This document shows positions 9,700-19,884 of a stretch of DNA of 64,000 nt, one piece after another. The DNA is taken from NCBI RefSeq assembly GCF_002087085.1, contig NZ_MWQY01000004.1:124001-188000 (forward strand). The letters are read 5' to 3'. Position numbers and translations under genes: made by a program. The first letter of the stretch is position 1. Each line of letters starts with the position of its first letter. Under the pieces are notes generated by a model. It had not been told where the DNA came from. It searched no databases and was given only the letters and a program-made list of their open reading frames with translations.

Positions 9700-11667
9700 A
9701 TGAAAAGAACCCTCTCCGAATACGGTTACCTCCGCGCTGCGGCGGCTGTTCCCCTGGTAAAACCTGGAAATGTAGATTTCAACTGTACAAAAACCCGGAA
9801 TCTGATGGAGGAGGCAGCCCGGGCGGACGTCTCCGTAACGGTCTTTCCCGAGCTCGGAATCACCGCTTACACCTGTGCCGACCTGTTTCAGCAGGATCGT
9901 CTGCTGCATACTGCGGAAGAGGGAGTCAGCGGCCTTATAAACCTGACAAAGTCCCTGAGCGGTGTTTTTGTTCTCGGGGTGCCGGTAAAACGGGACGGGA
10001 GGCTTTTCAACTGCGCCCTGGTAATCGGCGGAGGCAGGCTCCACGGCGTCGTACCCAAAACCATCATTCCCACCTATCGGGAGTTTTATGAGACCCGCTG
10101 GTTTGCAGGCGGCGGTCGTATAGGCGGTCAGGTAGAATACGCCGGACATCGAAGCCCCATGGGCACGGACCTGATCTTCTCTTTCGAGGCCGACGGAGCA
10201 CGGAACCTTAAAGCAAGCTTCGGCGTGGAAATCTGCGAGGACCTCTGGGCACCCGTTCCGCCCAGCTCAGGCCTCTGCAGTGCCGGCGCCCAGATCATCC
10301 TGAATCCCTCCGCCAGCAATGAGCTCGTCGGCAAGGCATCCTACCGTCACGGACTCATTACCCAGCAGTCCGCCCGCTGTCTTTCCGCCTATGTTTACGC
10401 TTCCTCGGGGGTGGGGGAATCCACCACGGATACGGTCTTTGGCGGTCATGCCCTTATTGCAGAAAACGGGGCCATCATTGCCGAGGGCGAACGCTTTAAA
10501 CGGGAAGGGCAGCTCCTCTATTCCGATATCGACCTCGATTTTCTTGACCACGAACGGATCAATTCAAGCACCTTCGCCCAGGGAGCCGACCTGGCAGAAC
10601 GGGAGTACCGACAAATAAACCTGGAACTGAGCACCGCCTCCCCGGAAATCACCAGCCTTGTCCGCACACCGGTACGAAACCCCTTCGTACCGGCGGTCCG
10701 GGAAGATCTTGAGGCCCGCTGCCGCGAGATCTTCGCCATTCAGAGCGCAGGTCTTGCGGGAAGGCTTGCGCATATAGGCTGCACGAGCGTTGTCCTGGGG
10801 CTTTCGGGGGGGCTGGATTCCACCCTGGCACTTCTGGTTACCGTGGAGGCCTTCAGGGAGCTGGGGCTCGATCCTTCGGGGATCCGCACCTTTACCCTTC
10901 CGGGCTTCGGCACAAGTTCCCGTACCCGGACAAATGTGGAGAAACTGACCAGAGCCCTGGGAGTACCCCTGGAAACAGTGGATATAGCCGAAAGCTGTCT
11001 GCTGCAGCTCAAGGACCTTGAGCATTCGGGAAAACCCGAGGACACGGCCTATGAGAATGTCCAGGCCCGGCAGCGGACAATGTTTCTGATGAACAAAGCC
11101 AACATGCTGGGAGCCATCGTGATCGGGACCGGCGATCTTTCGGAACTGGCTCTGGGCTGGTGCACCTACAATGGGGACCATATGTCCATGTACTCGGTAA
11201 ACAGCGGGGTGCCCAAAACCCTGGTCCGGTTTCTGGTTACCTACGCGGCGGACAGCTGGGCCGGAGACGAGGCCGCCGCAGTACTCCACGATATTGTTGA
11301 CACACCCATCTCTCCCGAACTGCTTCCCCCCGACGCGGAAGGAGAGATCTCCCAGAAAACCGAGGATACCATCGGACCCTACGTATTGCACGATTTCTTT
11401 CTGTACCACGCAATACGCTGCGGCGCCTCCCCGAAGAAGGTACTCCTGCTGGCGGATAAGGCCTTTTCCGGAGAATACGAAACCGGCACAATCCTCACCT
11501 GGCTGCGCAGCTTTTACCGCCGCTTCTTTTCCCAGCAGTTCAAGCGATCCTGTCTTCCCGACGGTCCCAAGGTGGGAACCATCTCCCTCTCTCCCCGGGG
11601 TGACTGGCGCATGCCCTCGGATGCTGATGCGGGAATCTGGCTGGACGAACTGGACGCTCTGTCATAA
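9700..11667 (+). CDS. nadE: Glutamine-dependent NAD+ synthetase
   Basis: Nitrilase domain (FPEL, YREFYE, ICEDLW) plus synthetase (SGGLDS, ENVQAR, QFKRSCLPDGPKV). Confidence 0.96.
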   Translation: MKRTLSEYGYLRAAAAVPLVKPGNVDFNCTKTRNLMEEAARADVSVTVFPELGITAYTCADLFQQDRLLHTAEEGVSGLINLTKSLSGVFVLGVPVKRDGRLFNCALVIGGGRLHGVVPKTIIPTYREFYETRWFAGGGRIGGQVEYAGHRSPMGTDLIFSFEADGARNLKASFGVEICEDLWAPVPPSSGLCSAGAQIILNPSASNELVGKASYRHGLITQQSARCLSAYVYASSGVGESTTDTVFGGHALIAENGAIIAEGERFKREGQLLYSDIDLDFLDHERINSSTFAQGADLAEREYRQINLELSTASPEITSLVRTPVRNPFVPAVREDLEARCREIFAIQSAGLAGRLAHIGCTSVVLGLSGGLDSTLALLVTVEAFRELGLDPSGIRTFTLPGFGTSSRTRTNVEKLTRALGVPLETVDIAESCLLQLKDLEHSGKPEDTAYENVQARQRTMFLMNKANMLGAIVIGTGDLSELALGWCTYNGDHMSMYSVNSGVPKTLVRFLVTYAADSWAGDEAAAVLHDIVDTPISPELLPPDAEGEISQKTEDTIGPYVLHDFFLYHAIRCGASPKKVLLLADKAFSGEYETGTILTWLRSFYRRFFSQQFKRSCLPDGPKVGTISLSPRGDWRMPSDADAGIWLDELDALS

Positions 11668-11693
11668 CAGAAGGCGGGATCAGCTACAGCGTA

Positions 11694-11739
11694 TTGACCG
11701 CCCAATCCGAAAGGCGTATTATTGAGACTGATTTTCAAT
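11694..11739 (+). promoter_or_regulatory. Promoter with Fur/PerR-like box upstream of the NifX-Mrp pair
   Basis: TTGACC-N17-TATTAT (11717-11722), with the box ATTGAGACTGATTTTCAAT at 11721-11739. Confidence 0.6.
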
Positions 11740-11752
11740 CAAGGAACGAACC

Positions 11753-12094
11753 ATGAAATATGCAATTGCAGCCGATGGCAGCCAGATGGCCGGACACTTC
11801 GGCCACGCCCCTTCTTTTATTGTCGTTGATATTCGGAATGGAAAAACAGTATCCCGCCAGGAGTTTCCCAGCCCTCCCCATGCACCGGGAAGGATCCCCG
11901 CCTTCGTCAAGGAACTCGGGGCCGGCTGTGTTGTGGTCGGCGGAATCGGCGGTCAGGCAAAAGCCCTCTTTTCACAGCAGGGAATCGAACAGATCTGCGG
12001 AATAACCGGAAGTATCGATGATGTTATCGCCGCCCTGGAAGCCGGCACCCTCGAGGATGGCGGTGATCTCTGCGACCATTCCCACGGGCATTAG
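11753..12094 (+). CDS. NifB/NifX-family Fe-Mo/Fe-S cluster-binding protein
   Basis: HFGHAPSF, VVVGGIG and a His-rich CDHSHGH tail. Confidence 0.88.
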   Translation: MKYAIAADGSQMAGHFGHAPSFIVVDIRNGKTVSRQEFPSPPHAPGRIPAFVKELGAGCVVVGGIGGQAKALFSQQGIEQICGITGSIDDVIAALEAGTLEDGGDLCDHSHGH

Positions 12095-12106
12095 GAAAAG
12101 GTCTGT

Positions 12107-12943
12107 ATGGAACAGGTAAACAGGATCGCCGAACAGGCGGAAGAGACCCGTCTTCTGCGGGACAACATGAGCAGGGTCAAAAATATCATCATGGTTATGA
12201 GCGGCAAGGGAGGAGTCGGGAAAAGCACCGTCGCGGTAAACCTGGCCCTGGGGCTCGCCAAAATGGGAAAGAGCACCGGCATCCTGGATATCGATATCCA
12301 CGGACCGAATGTTCCGAAGATGCTGGGAGTCGACGATCAGCAGCTCTTTTCTTCCGATGAGAAGCGGATCATACCTCTGGAGAGCAGCCCGAACCTGAAG
12401 GTCGTAAGCCTTGCCCTGGCGGGTTACGAACCGGAACGGCCGATTATCTGGCGGGGGCCCATCAAGATGAACGTCATCAAGCAGTTCCTGAAGGACGTTG
12501 AATGGGGCGAGCTGGATTACCTGGTAATCGACACTCCGCCGGGGACCGGGGATGAACCCCTCTCCATCTGTCAGCTTCTGCCGGACATGGCGGGAACCAT
12601 AATCGTAACCACTCCCCAGGAGGTTGCGAACCTGGATGCCATGAAAAGCGTCTCTTTTGCCCGGGAACTCAAGGTTCCGATTATCGGAATAATCGAAAAC
12701 ATGAGCGGCTTCGTTTGTCCGAACTGCGGCAGCGTAAGCGATATCTTCGGCAAGGGGGGAGGCAAGGCCATCGCTGAACGTTTCAAGGAAAACTTCCTGG
12801 GAGAACTGCCCCTGGACCCCCGGATCATGCAGGGGGGCGATTCCGGGCGGGGTTTTATCAGCGACAGCGAAGGACCCGCAGGCCAGGCCATGACGGCGAT
12901 TATAGAAAAGATTATCGCCGGGGTAGATACAAAGTCAGCCTAA
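12107..12943 (+). CDS. mrp: Mrp/NBP35 (ApbC) Fe-S cluster carrier ATPase
   Basis: GKGGVGKST, DIDIHGP, DTPPGTGD, ENMSGFVCPNC. Confidence 0.94.
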   Translation: MEQVNRIAEQAEETRLLRDNMSRVKNIIMVMSGKGGVGKSTVAVNLALGLAKMGKSTGILDIDIHGPNVPKMLGVDDQQLFSSDEKRIIPLESSPNLKVVSLALAGYEPERPIIWRGPIKMNVIKQFLKDVEWGELDYLVIDTPPGTGDEPLSICQLLPDMAGTIIVTTPQEVANLDAMKSVSFARELKVPIIGIIENMSGFVCPNCGSVSDIFGKGGGKAIAERFKENFLGELPLDPRIMQGGDSGRGFISDSEGPAGQAMTAIIEKIIAGVDTKSA

Positions 12944-13827
12944 ATTTTCTGATGTTCTCCGGGAACCGCGGCAATGCCGATCCACTCAGGAGAGGGTTTT
13001 AAGGGGGTTCCGGCCAGATCGGCCCACATGGCCTCCACTTCAAAACCCTCCGTCCTGAGGTATTCCCTGATCTCCCCCCGTTCAAACCATCGATGCCACA
13101 GGTTGCAGCTTCGCACAGTGCCGTCTTCAGTTACAATCAGGTAACGGTTCAGGTGCACCGACTTATCCGCGTAGCGGTGTTTTATCTCAAAAACCAGGTT
13201 TTTATCTCGGCTCCAGAAACCGTCCCGCAGCATGGTGTACCAGGCCCGTTCATCGGGATGAGGCAGATACATCTCGGTAAATACATCAAAAAGAAAGACC
13301 CCCCCCGGGCTCAAGGCCCTGCGGATATTCGCAAGGAGTCTTTTACGGGAGGCGGGATCCAGAACGCAGAAATCGCCGAAGATCATCACAATGATCTCGA
13401 AACTGTTCTCCCCGGCCTTCCATTCCCGGTAATCCATATTGAGATAGGTAATCTCCCGGCGCTTCTTTCGCGCATCGTCCCGGGCATAGCCGATGCTTAC
13501 GGGAGAATAGTCAATCCCCGTAACCCGATAACCCGCGTCATGAAAACCCGAGGCATACAGCCCGGGTCCGCAGCCCAGATCCAGAAGCCGGGGATGGTTT
13601 TCCGGGGGATATTTCTCGCTGATGAACTTCAGAGTCTTTTCGATGGTCTCCGCCCTGCGGGAAGCATCATCGGAATGGGGATCGAGATGGGCCTCCAGTA
13701 CATGGGAGGAGATATATGGATCCGTCCAGAAGACAAAATCCCCGGGCTCATAGAGCCTGGGCTTCTTTTCCAGCCGGTGCAGCAGGGAGAGATCGAGCTT
13801 TCCGTTTCGTATAATTCTAGCGGGCAT
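12940..13827 (-). CDS. Class I SAM-dependent methyltransferase
   Basis: LLDLGCGPG and LSPGGVFLFD. Confidence 0.9.
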   Translation of the reverse strand: MPARIIRNGKLDLSLLHRLEKKPRLYEPGDFVFWTDPYISSHVLEAHLDPHSDDASRRAETIEKTLKFISEKYPPENHPRLLDLGCGPGLYASGFHDAGYRVTGIDYSPVSIGYARDDARKKRREITYLNMDYREWKAGENSFEIIVMIFGDFCVLDPASRKRLLANIRRALSPGGVFLFDVFTEMYLPHPDERAWYTMLRDGFWSRDKNLVFEIKHRYADKSVHLNRYLIVTEDGTVRSCNLWHRWFERGEIREYLRTEGFEVEAMWADLAGTPLKPSPEWIGIAAVPGEHQKI

Positions 13828-13845
13828 AACAGGCGAAAGTGTAGC

Positions 13846-16203
13846 ATGAAACCATGGGATTCGGATATTCTATCCACGGTGATTCAGAACAACCGGGGCA
13901 GATGTTACATCCTCACCGAAGAGAGCCGGGATACTCCTGCAGGGGTGGAAATCAGGCTCCACTGCATAGACGACACAGGGCCGCTTCTCCTTCGCTTTCT
14001 CCGCCAACGTCCCCTCTTTTTTCTGCGCCGCAGCGACCGGACTGAGTCCCCGGCCTTTAACCGTCGGGCCCTGGATCTGCAATCTTTTTCCGGGGAAGCC
14101 CTGGATGGACTGTATTTCAAGAGCCTGGGGGATTTCTACACCCTGCGCCGGGAGCTGCGCCGGGGAGGGCACAGTCCCATGGAGTCGGATATACGGCCGG
14201 AGGAACGCTTCCTGATGGAACGTTTTATCCACCGGGGAATCGATTTTCAGGGGACTCTACAGAACGGCGGCGGATTTCGCAGCGTCACAAATGCGAGGAT
14301 ACGACCTGCGGAATACAGGCCCCGGTTTTCCATTCTCTCCCTGGATATCGAAACCAGTCCTGCAGGAGAGGTGTACTGCCTTGGCTGTCACTTCAGCGAC
14401 CGGAGAGGCCGGGAATCCGGGGTAGTACACATGGTCGATCCCGCAGGCGTTTCAGAATCGGAGAACCGGGATTACCGTATTCTCTGTTCCCCCGACGAAG
14501 CCGGAATGCTGAGAAAGTCTCTGGACTGGATTCGCCGTGCCGACCCGGACCTGATTATCGGCTGGAATGTGATCGGTTTTGATCTGGAGATTCTGACCAA
14601 ACGCTGCGCCCGTTTCGGAATTCCCTTCAGCCTCGGCCGGGACGGCGGGGGGGTACGCAGCTTCCAGAAGCAGTCGGGAATGCGCTCTGCGGAAATCAGC
14701 GGACGTATCGTCCTCGACGGCCCCCAAATCCTGCGGGGAGGTTTCCATCGCTTCGAGAACTACAGCCTCGAAACCGTGGCCAACACCCTCCTGGGGACGG
14801 GAAAAACCATCAGCCCGGAGGAGGACAAACTCGGCGAAATCCAGCGCCTCTTTTCCGACGACAAGTCTTCCCTTGCCCGCTACAACTTCGAAGACTGCCG
14901 CCTGGTGAGCCGTATATTTGCAGCCACCGGGATTCTGGAGCAGTATGTAACCCGCAGCCTGGTGACCGGTCTGCGCCTGGACAAGGTAAGCATGTCCGTG
15001 GCGGCCTTTGATTTTTTCTACCTTCCCAGACTGCACCGGGAAGGTTATGCCGCAGTGGACATCGCGGACATCAATATGGCTGAACACGCCGCCGGAGGTC
15101 ACGTCTTTACCAGCCAGCCGGGTCGTTACAGCCACGTTGTGGTCCTGGATTTCCGCAGCCTCTACCCGTCCATCATCCGGACCTTCAATATCGATCCCCT
15201 GGCCCGCCTGACCGCAGACGAGGATCCCGGGCCTACCCCGGCGGGAATCTTTTTCAACCGCCGGCGAAGCATACTGCCGGAGCACATCGGAGGTCTGCTT
15301 GAGCGCAGGGCGGAGGCGAAAAGATCGGGAGACGAGGCCCTGAGCCAGGCGGTCAAGATCCTTATGAACAGCTTTTACGGTGTAATGGGCACCCCGGGCT
15401 GCCGCTTTTACCATCCTGACCTGCCCACGGCGATTACCGGAAGCGGACAGTGGGTGCTGAAGACGACGGCCGCACAGCTTACGGAAGAAGGTTACACGGT
15501 CCTGTACGGGGACACGGATTCAGTGTTTGTGCAGCTCAGGGAAAAGGAAACAGACGACGCGGAAAAAGCCGCCCTGCGGATTGTATCGAGGATCAACTCG
15601 TTTTTCTCCGAAAGGATATCCCGGGAGTTCGGGGCCCGGTCACACCTGGAACTGGAGTTTGAAAAGCACTATGATCTCTTTTTTCTGCCCCCCATGCGGA
15701 GCAGCGGCGAAGGAGCCCGAAAGCGCTATGTCGGACGGATTGCAGACAGCGGAGAAATCGAGTTTCGCGGAATGGAGTCAGTCCGATCCGACTGGACCGA
15801 ACTTGCCAGAGCTTTTCAGCGGGAACTTTTCCGGCGTTATTTTAACGAAGAGGAAATTCCTGAATGGCTTCGTCAGACAGTGGCGGAGATACAGGGGGGC
15901 AGACGGGACCATGAGCTGGTCTACCGCAGGAGACTGACCAAACAGGCCGCGGGGTATACTAAAAACGTGCCGCCCCATGTGCGGGCCGCCCGGCTGCTCG
16001 ATCCCTCGGGAAGGAGAAACGTCCGCAGCATTGACTACCTCATGACCCCTGAAGGACCGATACCCCTTCAACACAGGCCGACACAGATTGACTACGCCCA
16101 TTACATCGAAAAACAGATCAAACCGATTGCCGACGGGGTGCTGCCTTTTCTGAATACGAGTTTTGACGAGATTATTGAAGGCAGGCAGCTGGAACTCTTC
16201 TGA
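13846..16203 (+). CDS. polB: DNA polymerase II (family B)
   Basis: Exonuclease DIET, GWNVIGFD, YNFED; polymerase DFRSLYPS, KILMNSFYG, YGDTDS; C-terminal clamp motif QLELF. Start moved to ATG 13846. Confidence 0.95.
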   Translation: MKPWDSDILSTVIQNNRGRCYILTEESRDTPAGVEIRLHCIDDTGPLLLRFLRQRPLFFLRRSDRTESPAFNRRALDLQSFSGEALDGLYFKSLGDFYTLRRELRRGGHSPMESDIRPEERFLMERFIHRGIDFQGTLQNGGGFRSVTNARIRPAEYRPRFSILSLDIETSPAGEVYCLGCHFSDRRGRESGVVHMVDPAGVSESENRDYRILCSPDEAGMLRKSLDWIRRADPDLIIGWNVIGFDLEILTKRCARFGIPFSLGRDGGGVRSFQKQSGMRSAEISGRIVLDGPQILRGGFHRFENYSLETVANTLLGTGKTISPEEDKLGEIQRLFSDDKSSLARYNFEDCRLVSRIFAATGILEQYVTRSLVTGLRLDKVSMSVAAFDFFYLPRLHREGYAAVDIADINMAEHAAGGHVFTSQPGRYSHVVVLDFRSLYPSIIRTFNIDPLARLTADEDPGPTPAGIFFNRRRSILPEHIGGLLERRAEAKRSGDEALSQAVKILMNSFYGVMGTPGCRFYHPDLPTAITGSGQWVLKTTAAQLTEEGYTVLYGDTDSVFVQLREKETDDAEKAALRIVSRINSFFSERISREFGARSHLELEFEKHYDLFFLPPMRSSGEGARKRYVGRIADSGEIEFRGMESVRSDWTELARAFQRELFRRYFNEEEIPEWLRQTVAEIQGGRRDHELVYRRRLTKQAAGYTKNVPPHVRAARLLDPSGRRNVRSIDYLMTPEGPIPLQHRPTQIDYAHYIEKQIKPIADGVLPFLNTSFDEIIEGRQLELF

Positions 16204-16208
16204 ACGTC

Positions 16209-17453
16209 TCAACCGGCCTCGGCCACAACAACCCGGTTCTTTCCTTTCTGCTTTGACTGATACATGGCCTCGTCGGCCACCGCGATAAGGTCCTTGTTGC
16301 CCCCTGAAGCGATCAGGGAGGTGGAGGCAATTCCGATACTGAGCCCGCTGAACCCTTCGGGTACGCCGGGGATCTGGAGTCGCAGGCCTTCACAATATTC
16401 CCGGATGATCTTTTCACCCAGGTCCCGTGCGACGTTCCGTCCGCACTGTTTCAGGAGAACGATAAACTCGTCGCCCCCGTACCGGGCGGGGATATCCGAA
16501 CGCCTGACATTGGCACGGACAATGCTGCCAATCATTTTCAGCACCCGGTCGCCCACGGTATGACCATAGCGGTCATTCACACCTTTGAAATTATCGGCGT
16601 CGATAAAAAGGATGCTGTGTTCCTGGGGACTTCGGGCCCAGGACTCCGCCTCAATCTCCAGAATGGAATTGAAGAACTCCCGTGAAAACAGACCGGTCAG
16701 GGGATCATACTTAAGACGGTGACGTAAAACCTCGTTTTCATCAGTCTGACGCTGCATCTCCCTTGCATTCTTTTCCACCATGGAGCCGAGATGCAGCCCA
16801 ACGGTAATTACCATGGCCACGGGTCCCACCCAGGGGGTACTGACCGAAATCAGCACTTTCATGGCAACCAGAGCATCCACGATAATTGACGCCAGCCAGA
16901 TGCTGAGTCCGGTGATGATAAGCCGATACTGGCGCCACAACTGCTCCTCGGTAAAGAGTCGGCGGCAGAACCAGCCAAGGGAGAATAGAACAGAGCTCAG
17001 GGAGACCAGGGAGAAGAGAGGAAACACGGGGCCCTTGACCACGGAGGTAAAACCCCGCTGGTGAACGACAATGTTTCCGGTGGTCATCAGCGATGGGTCT
17101 CCCCAGAGAATGAACAGAAAAATCAGGGAACCAAGACCGATTACCAGTTGCACAAAGAGACGGCGAATATCCAGCAGGGATTCGAGAAACAGCTCAAGGG
17201 CCAGGGGAGTCAGGATAAGCCCGCTTACACAGATGCGAAACCAGAAGAGTATCCAGGAGTGTTCCGATCCCGATGTGTAAAGAGCAAATCCGATCAGGTA
17301 AGGCAGAAATACTGCCTGGAGAATCAAATAGCGAATATGAACCCGGTTATGGGAAACAAAAACAAGAAAGGCGGCGGAAAAAACCAGGAAGGTCAGCACC
17401 ACAGCTGCCCCGACCCCCGCGCCTATACTGGTAAGATGTACTGTCAACCACAT
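16209..17453 (-). CDS. Membrane diguanylate cyclase (~7 TM + GGDEF)
   Basis: DPLTGL, DADNFK, RRSD I-site, RYGGDEF. Confidence 0.92.
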   Translation of the reverse strand: MWLTVHLTSIGAGVGAAVVLTFLVFSAAFLVFVSHNRVHIRYLILQAVFLPYLIGFALYTSGSEHSWILFWFRICVSGLILTPLALELFLESLLDIRRLFVQLVIGLGSLIFLFILWGDPSLMTTGNIVVHQRGFTSVVKGPVFPLFSLVSLSSVLFSLGWFCRRLFTEEQLWRQYRLIITGLSIWLASIIVDALVAMKVLISVSTPWVGPVAMVITVGLHLGSMVEKNAREMQRQTDENEVLRHRLKYDPLTGLFSREFFNSILEIEAESWARSPQEHSILFIDADNFKGVNDRYGHTVGDRVLKMIGSIVRANVRRSDIPARYGGDEFIVLLKQCGRNVARDLGEKIIREYCEGLRLQIPGVPEGFSGLSIGIASTSLIASGGNKDLIAVADEAMYQSKQKGKNRVVVAEAG

Positions 17454-17543
17454 ATTGAAATCCTGATCACTTTAGTATTATCGACAACTTAGCACAGAGT
17501 ATACACCTGCCTTCTCATAATGAAAAGGGTTGAAATTCAGAGA

Positions 17544-17774
17544 CTATTCCGTCAGGGATTCCCGGTAGGCCGCCAGCAGGGACTCCGCCTGCCGGAGGAA
17601 CTCTTCGGGAACCTCGGCGTAGCCCCAGCCGTTCTGGAGCTGAAATATTCCGGTGTACACCGAGGAATCATTGGATATCACGGCACAGGGGATTCCTTCC
17701 TGTGCCAGGATATCCGCGAAACGGGCAGCTTCGATATCGTTTGCCAGCCCGATCCGCGGTTTCTTTTTCTTCAC
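17544..17774 (-). CDS. Small DUF2007-like protein
   Basis: NDIEA...LAQEGIP...VPEE pattern. Confidence 0.65.
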   Translation of the reverse strand: MKKKKPRIGLANDIEAARFADILAQEGIPCAVISNDSSVYTGIFQLQNGWGYAEVPEEFLRQAESLLAAYRESLTE

Positions 17775-17782
17775 AGACGTCC

Positions 17783-19138
17783 CTACTCAACCAGCAGAAT
17801 CTGCACGTCGCAGACATTGGTGTTGGTGGGGCCTGTCATCAGAAGCCCCCCGGTTTTCTTCAGAAAGTGGTACGAGTCGCTGTTATTGATATACTCCGCG
17901 GGATCGAGATCTGCATCCTGCATGGCTTTCATGATTCCGCTGTGGGCGACTCCCCCCGCCGCATCGGTGGGGCCGTCATTCCCGTCTGTGCCGCCGGATA
18001 AAAATACGACCTTCTCTAGCCCCTCGGGATCATCCAGGAATTCCATCAGGAAGGCCAGGGCCATCTCCTGATTCCGTCCACCCTTGCCCTTTCCCTTCAG
18101 GGTCACCGTGGTCTCCCCTCCTGCGATGATACAGGCGGGCTTTTTAAAATTAAGCCGGTTCAGGGAGAGGTCTTTGGCCATGCCGGAGAAGAGCTTCGCG
18201 ATTTCCCGGGCCTCGCCGGTCAGCTGGGAAGTCAGAATGACCGGGGCGTAGCCGAGTTTCTCCGCCTCCTCGGAAGCAGCATAGAGGGCCGAGATATTGG
18301 TTCCGATAAGAACATTCCTGACGGTCCTGAAGATTTCATCCCCTTCACCGGGAGTCTCCTGGACCTTGCCGGCGACTCCGTCGGCAATAATACGGGACAC
18401 CGACTCGGGGAGTTTTTCTTCCAGGTTATACTTGCGGAAAATGTTCCGGGCATCCCTGTAGGTGGTGGGATCCGGTACGGTGGGGCCGGAGGCGATGGAG
18501 GTCAGGGGATCTCCGATAACATCCGAGAGGATCAGGCTGACCATGGTAGCCGGTGCGGCAAAGCCGGCGAGACGTCCGCCCTGAACGGCGGAGAGGTGCT
18601 TGCGGATGACGTTGATCTCCTGGATAACGGCACCACAGGCCAGAAGCAGCCCTGTAACCGCCTGAATATCGTCCAGGCTGATGGCATAGGCCTCGTCCTG
18701 GTAGGGAGCAGTCAGCAGGGCCGATCCGCCGCCGGAAATAAGGTTCAGGATAAGGGTCTTTTCATCGGCGTCGGAACAGATCTTTCCGATTCTTTTTGCA
18801 GCCTCCACGCAGCGCTCGTCCGGCATGGGATGGGCGGCCTCTATAAGATCGACATACTGAAGTTTTTCGGTATGCCCCTCCTTTACTGCCACCAGTCCGG
18901 AACTGATACGGTCTCCCAGAACAGCTTCCAGTCCCAGGGCCATCTTGGCGCTGGCCTTACCCGCACCCACGACAACAATGCTGGAATATCGGGAAAGATC
19001 GTACTCAGCGGTGTCGGTCTCGGTCCGGATAACGAGCCTGTTCCCTTCGACGCTCACCAGCTCCTTGAGCATCAGGGCCGGGTCGACCCTCTTCAGGGCT
19101 GCTGAAAAAATGGTGTTGGCATGATCAGTCTTTTTCAT
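17783..19138 (-). CDS. Glycerate 2-kinase (MOFRL family)
   Basis: GAGKAS, ISGGGSAL, GGETTV, GGRNQE, GTDGNDG, TGPTNTNV. Confidence 0.93.
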   Translation of the reverse strand: MKKTDHANTIFSAALKRVDPALMLKELVSVEGNRLVIRTETDTAEYDLSRYSSIVVVGAGKASAKMALGLEAVLGDRISSGLVAVKEGHTEKLQYVDLIEAAHPMPDERCVEAAKRIGKICSDADEKTLILNLISGGGSALLTAPYQDEAYAISLDDIQAVTGLLLACGAVIQEINVIRKHLSAVQGGRLAGFAAPATMVSLILSDVIGDPLTSIASGPTVPDPTTYRDARNIFRKYNLEEKLPESVSRIIADGVAGKVQETPGEGDEIFRTVRNVLIGTNISALYAASEEAEKLGYAPVILTSQLTGEAREIAKLFSGMAKDLSLNRLNFKKPACIIAGGETTVTLKGKGKGGRNQEMALAFLMEFLDDPEGLEKVVFLSGGTDGNDGPTDAAGGVAHSGIMKAMQDADLDPAEYINNSDSYHFLKKTGGLLMTGPTNTNVCDVQILLVE

Positions 19139-19790
19139 GGTGTTTCCTTTCCTCATCTCTGCACATCTGCAGGTTTTTTTGTATCAGCGGAAGATCGGAA
19201 TACTCCAGGGCCGCCTGGAATTCCTCCGCCGCCCGGGGATAGTCCTTCTCATAATTCATGTAGATCGACCCCAGATTGTTCCGGGTCATAAAGTTTGTAG
19301 GATCCAGTTCGGCGGATTTGCGGTAGGATTCCGCAGCAGCCGGGGAATCGCCTTTCTGCAGGGCTTTGTTGCCCTCGTTGAACAGCCGGATTCCTTCCAT
19401 GGCATCGGCAAAGCTCGCTTCGTTCCCGCAGATTTCCAGCCTCTTCTCCAGGAAGCTGCGGTCCTCCTTCGAAGGCGCGCCCTCCTCCAGGGCCTTGCGG
19501 TACCATCCGGCAGCCTCCGCCGCCTTGCCCCACAGATAGAAGGAGTCCCCCAGGGCGCGATACCGGGGATATACCCCGCCAAAACGGTCCACCTCATCGA
19601 GGAGCAGTTTGACGGCCTCCCCGTGTTTTCCCAGGGCAAGCTTAACGAGTGCAAGGTTATGGCGCATACCGACCTTGTTGGGATCGGCCTCCAGAAGCCG
19701 GAGGAAACTGCTTTCCGCTTTATCGTATTTTCCGCTTACAAAATAGTTGAAGGCTTTACGCTGATGCCACTTGTAGAAGAGCATTCCCAT
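19125..19790 (-). CDS. Tetratricopeptide-repeat protein
   Basis: Repeated TPR-type helices (HNLALV, ALGDSF, NNLGSIY). Confidence 0.8.
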   Translation of the reverse strand: MGMLFYKWHQRKAFNYFVSGKYDKAESSFLRLLEADPNKVGMRHNLALVKLALGKHGEAVKLLLDEVDRFGGVYPRYRALGDSFYLWGKAAEAAGWYRKALEEGAPSKEDRSFLEKRLEICGNEASFADAMEGIRLFNEGNKALQKGDSPAAAESYRKSAELDPTNFMTRNNLGSIYMNYEKDYPRAAEEFQAALEYSDLPLIQKNLQMCRDEERKHHEKD

Positions 19791-19884
19791 GATGCCAGTG
19801 TACAGGAATATACGGATGATTGCTACACCGGGGAAGTTTACCCGTCGCTTGTATCTGCCATCTTTTTCGTGTATCACTTGTTCC

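Noticed and set aside
11753..12094. Nitrogen fixation genes
   Set aside because: NifX-like domains occur widely without nitrogenase, and there is no nifHDK or nifEN here.
13093..13845. 250-aa N-terminal extension of DNA polymerase II
   Set aside because: It overlaps the opposite-strand methyltransferase almost entirely; ATG 13846 gives a normal-sized Pol II.
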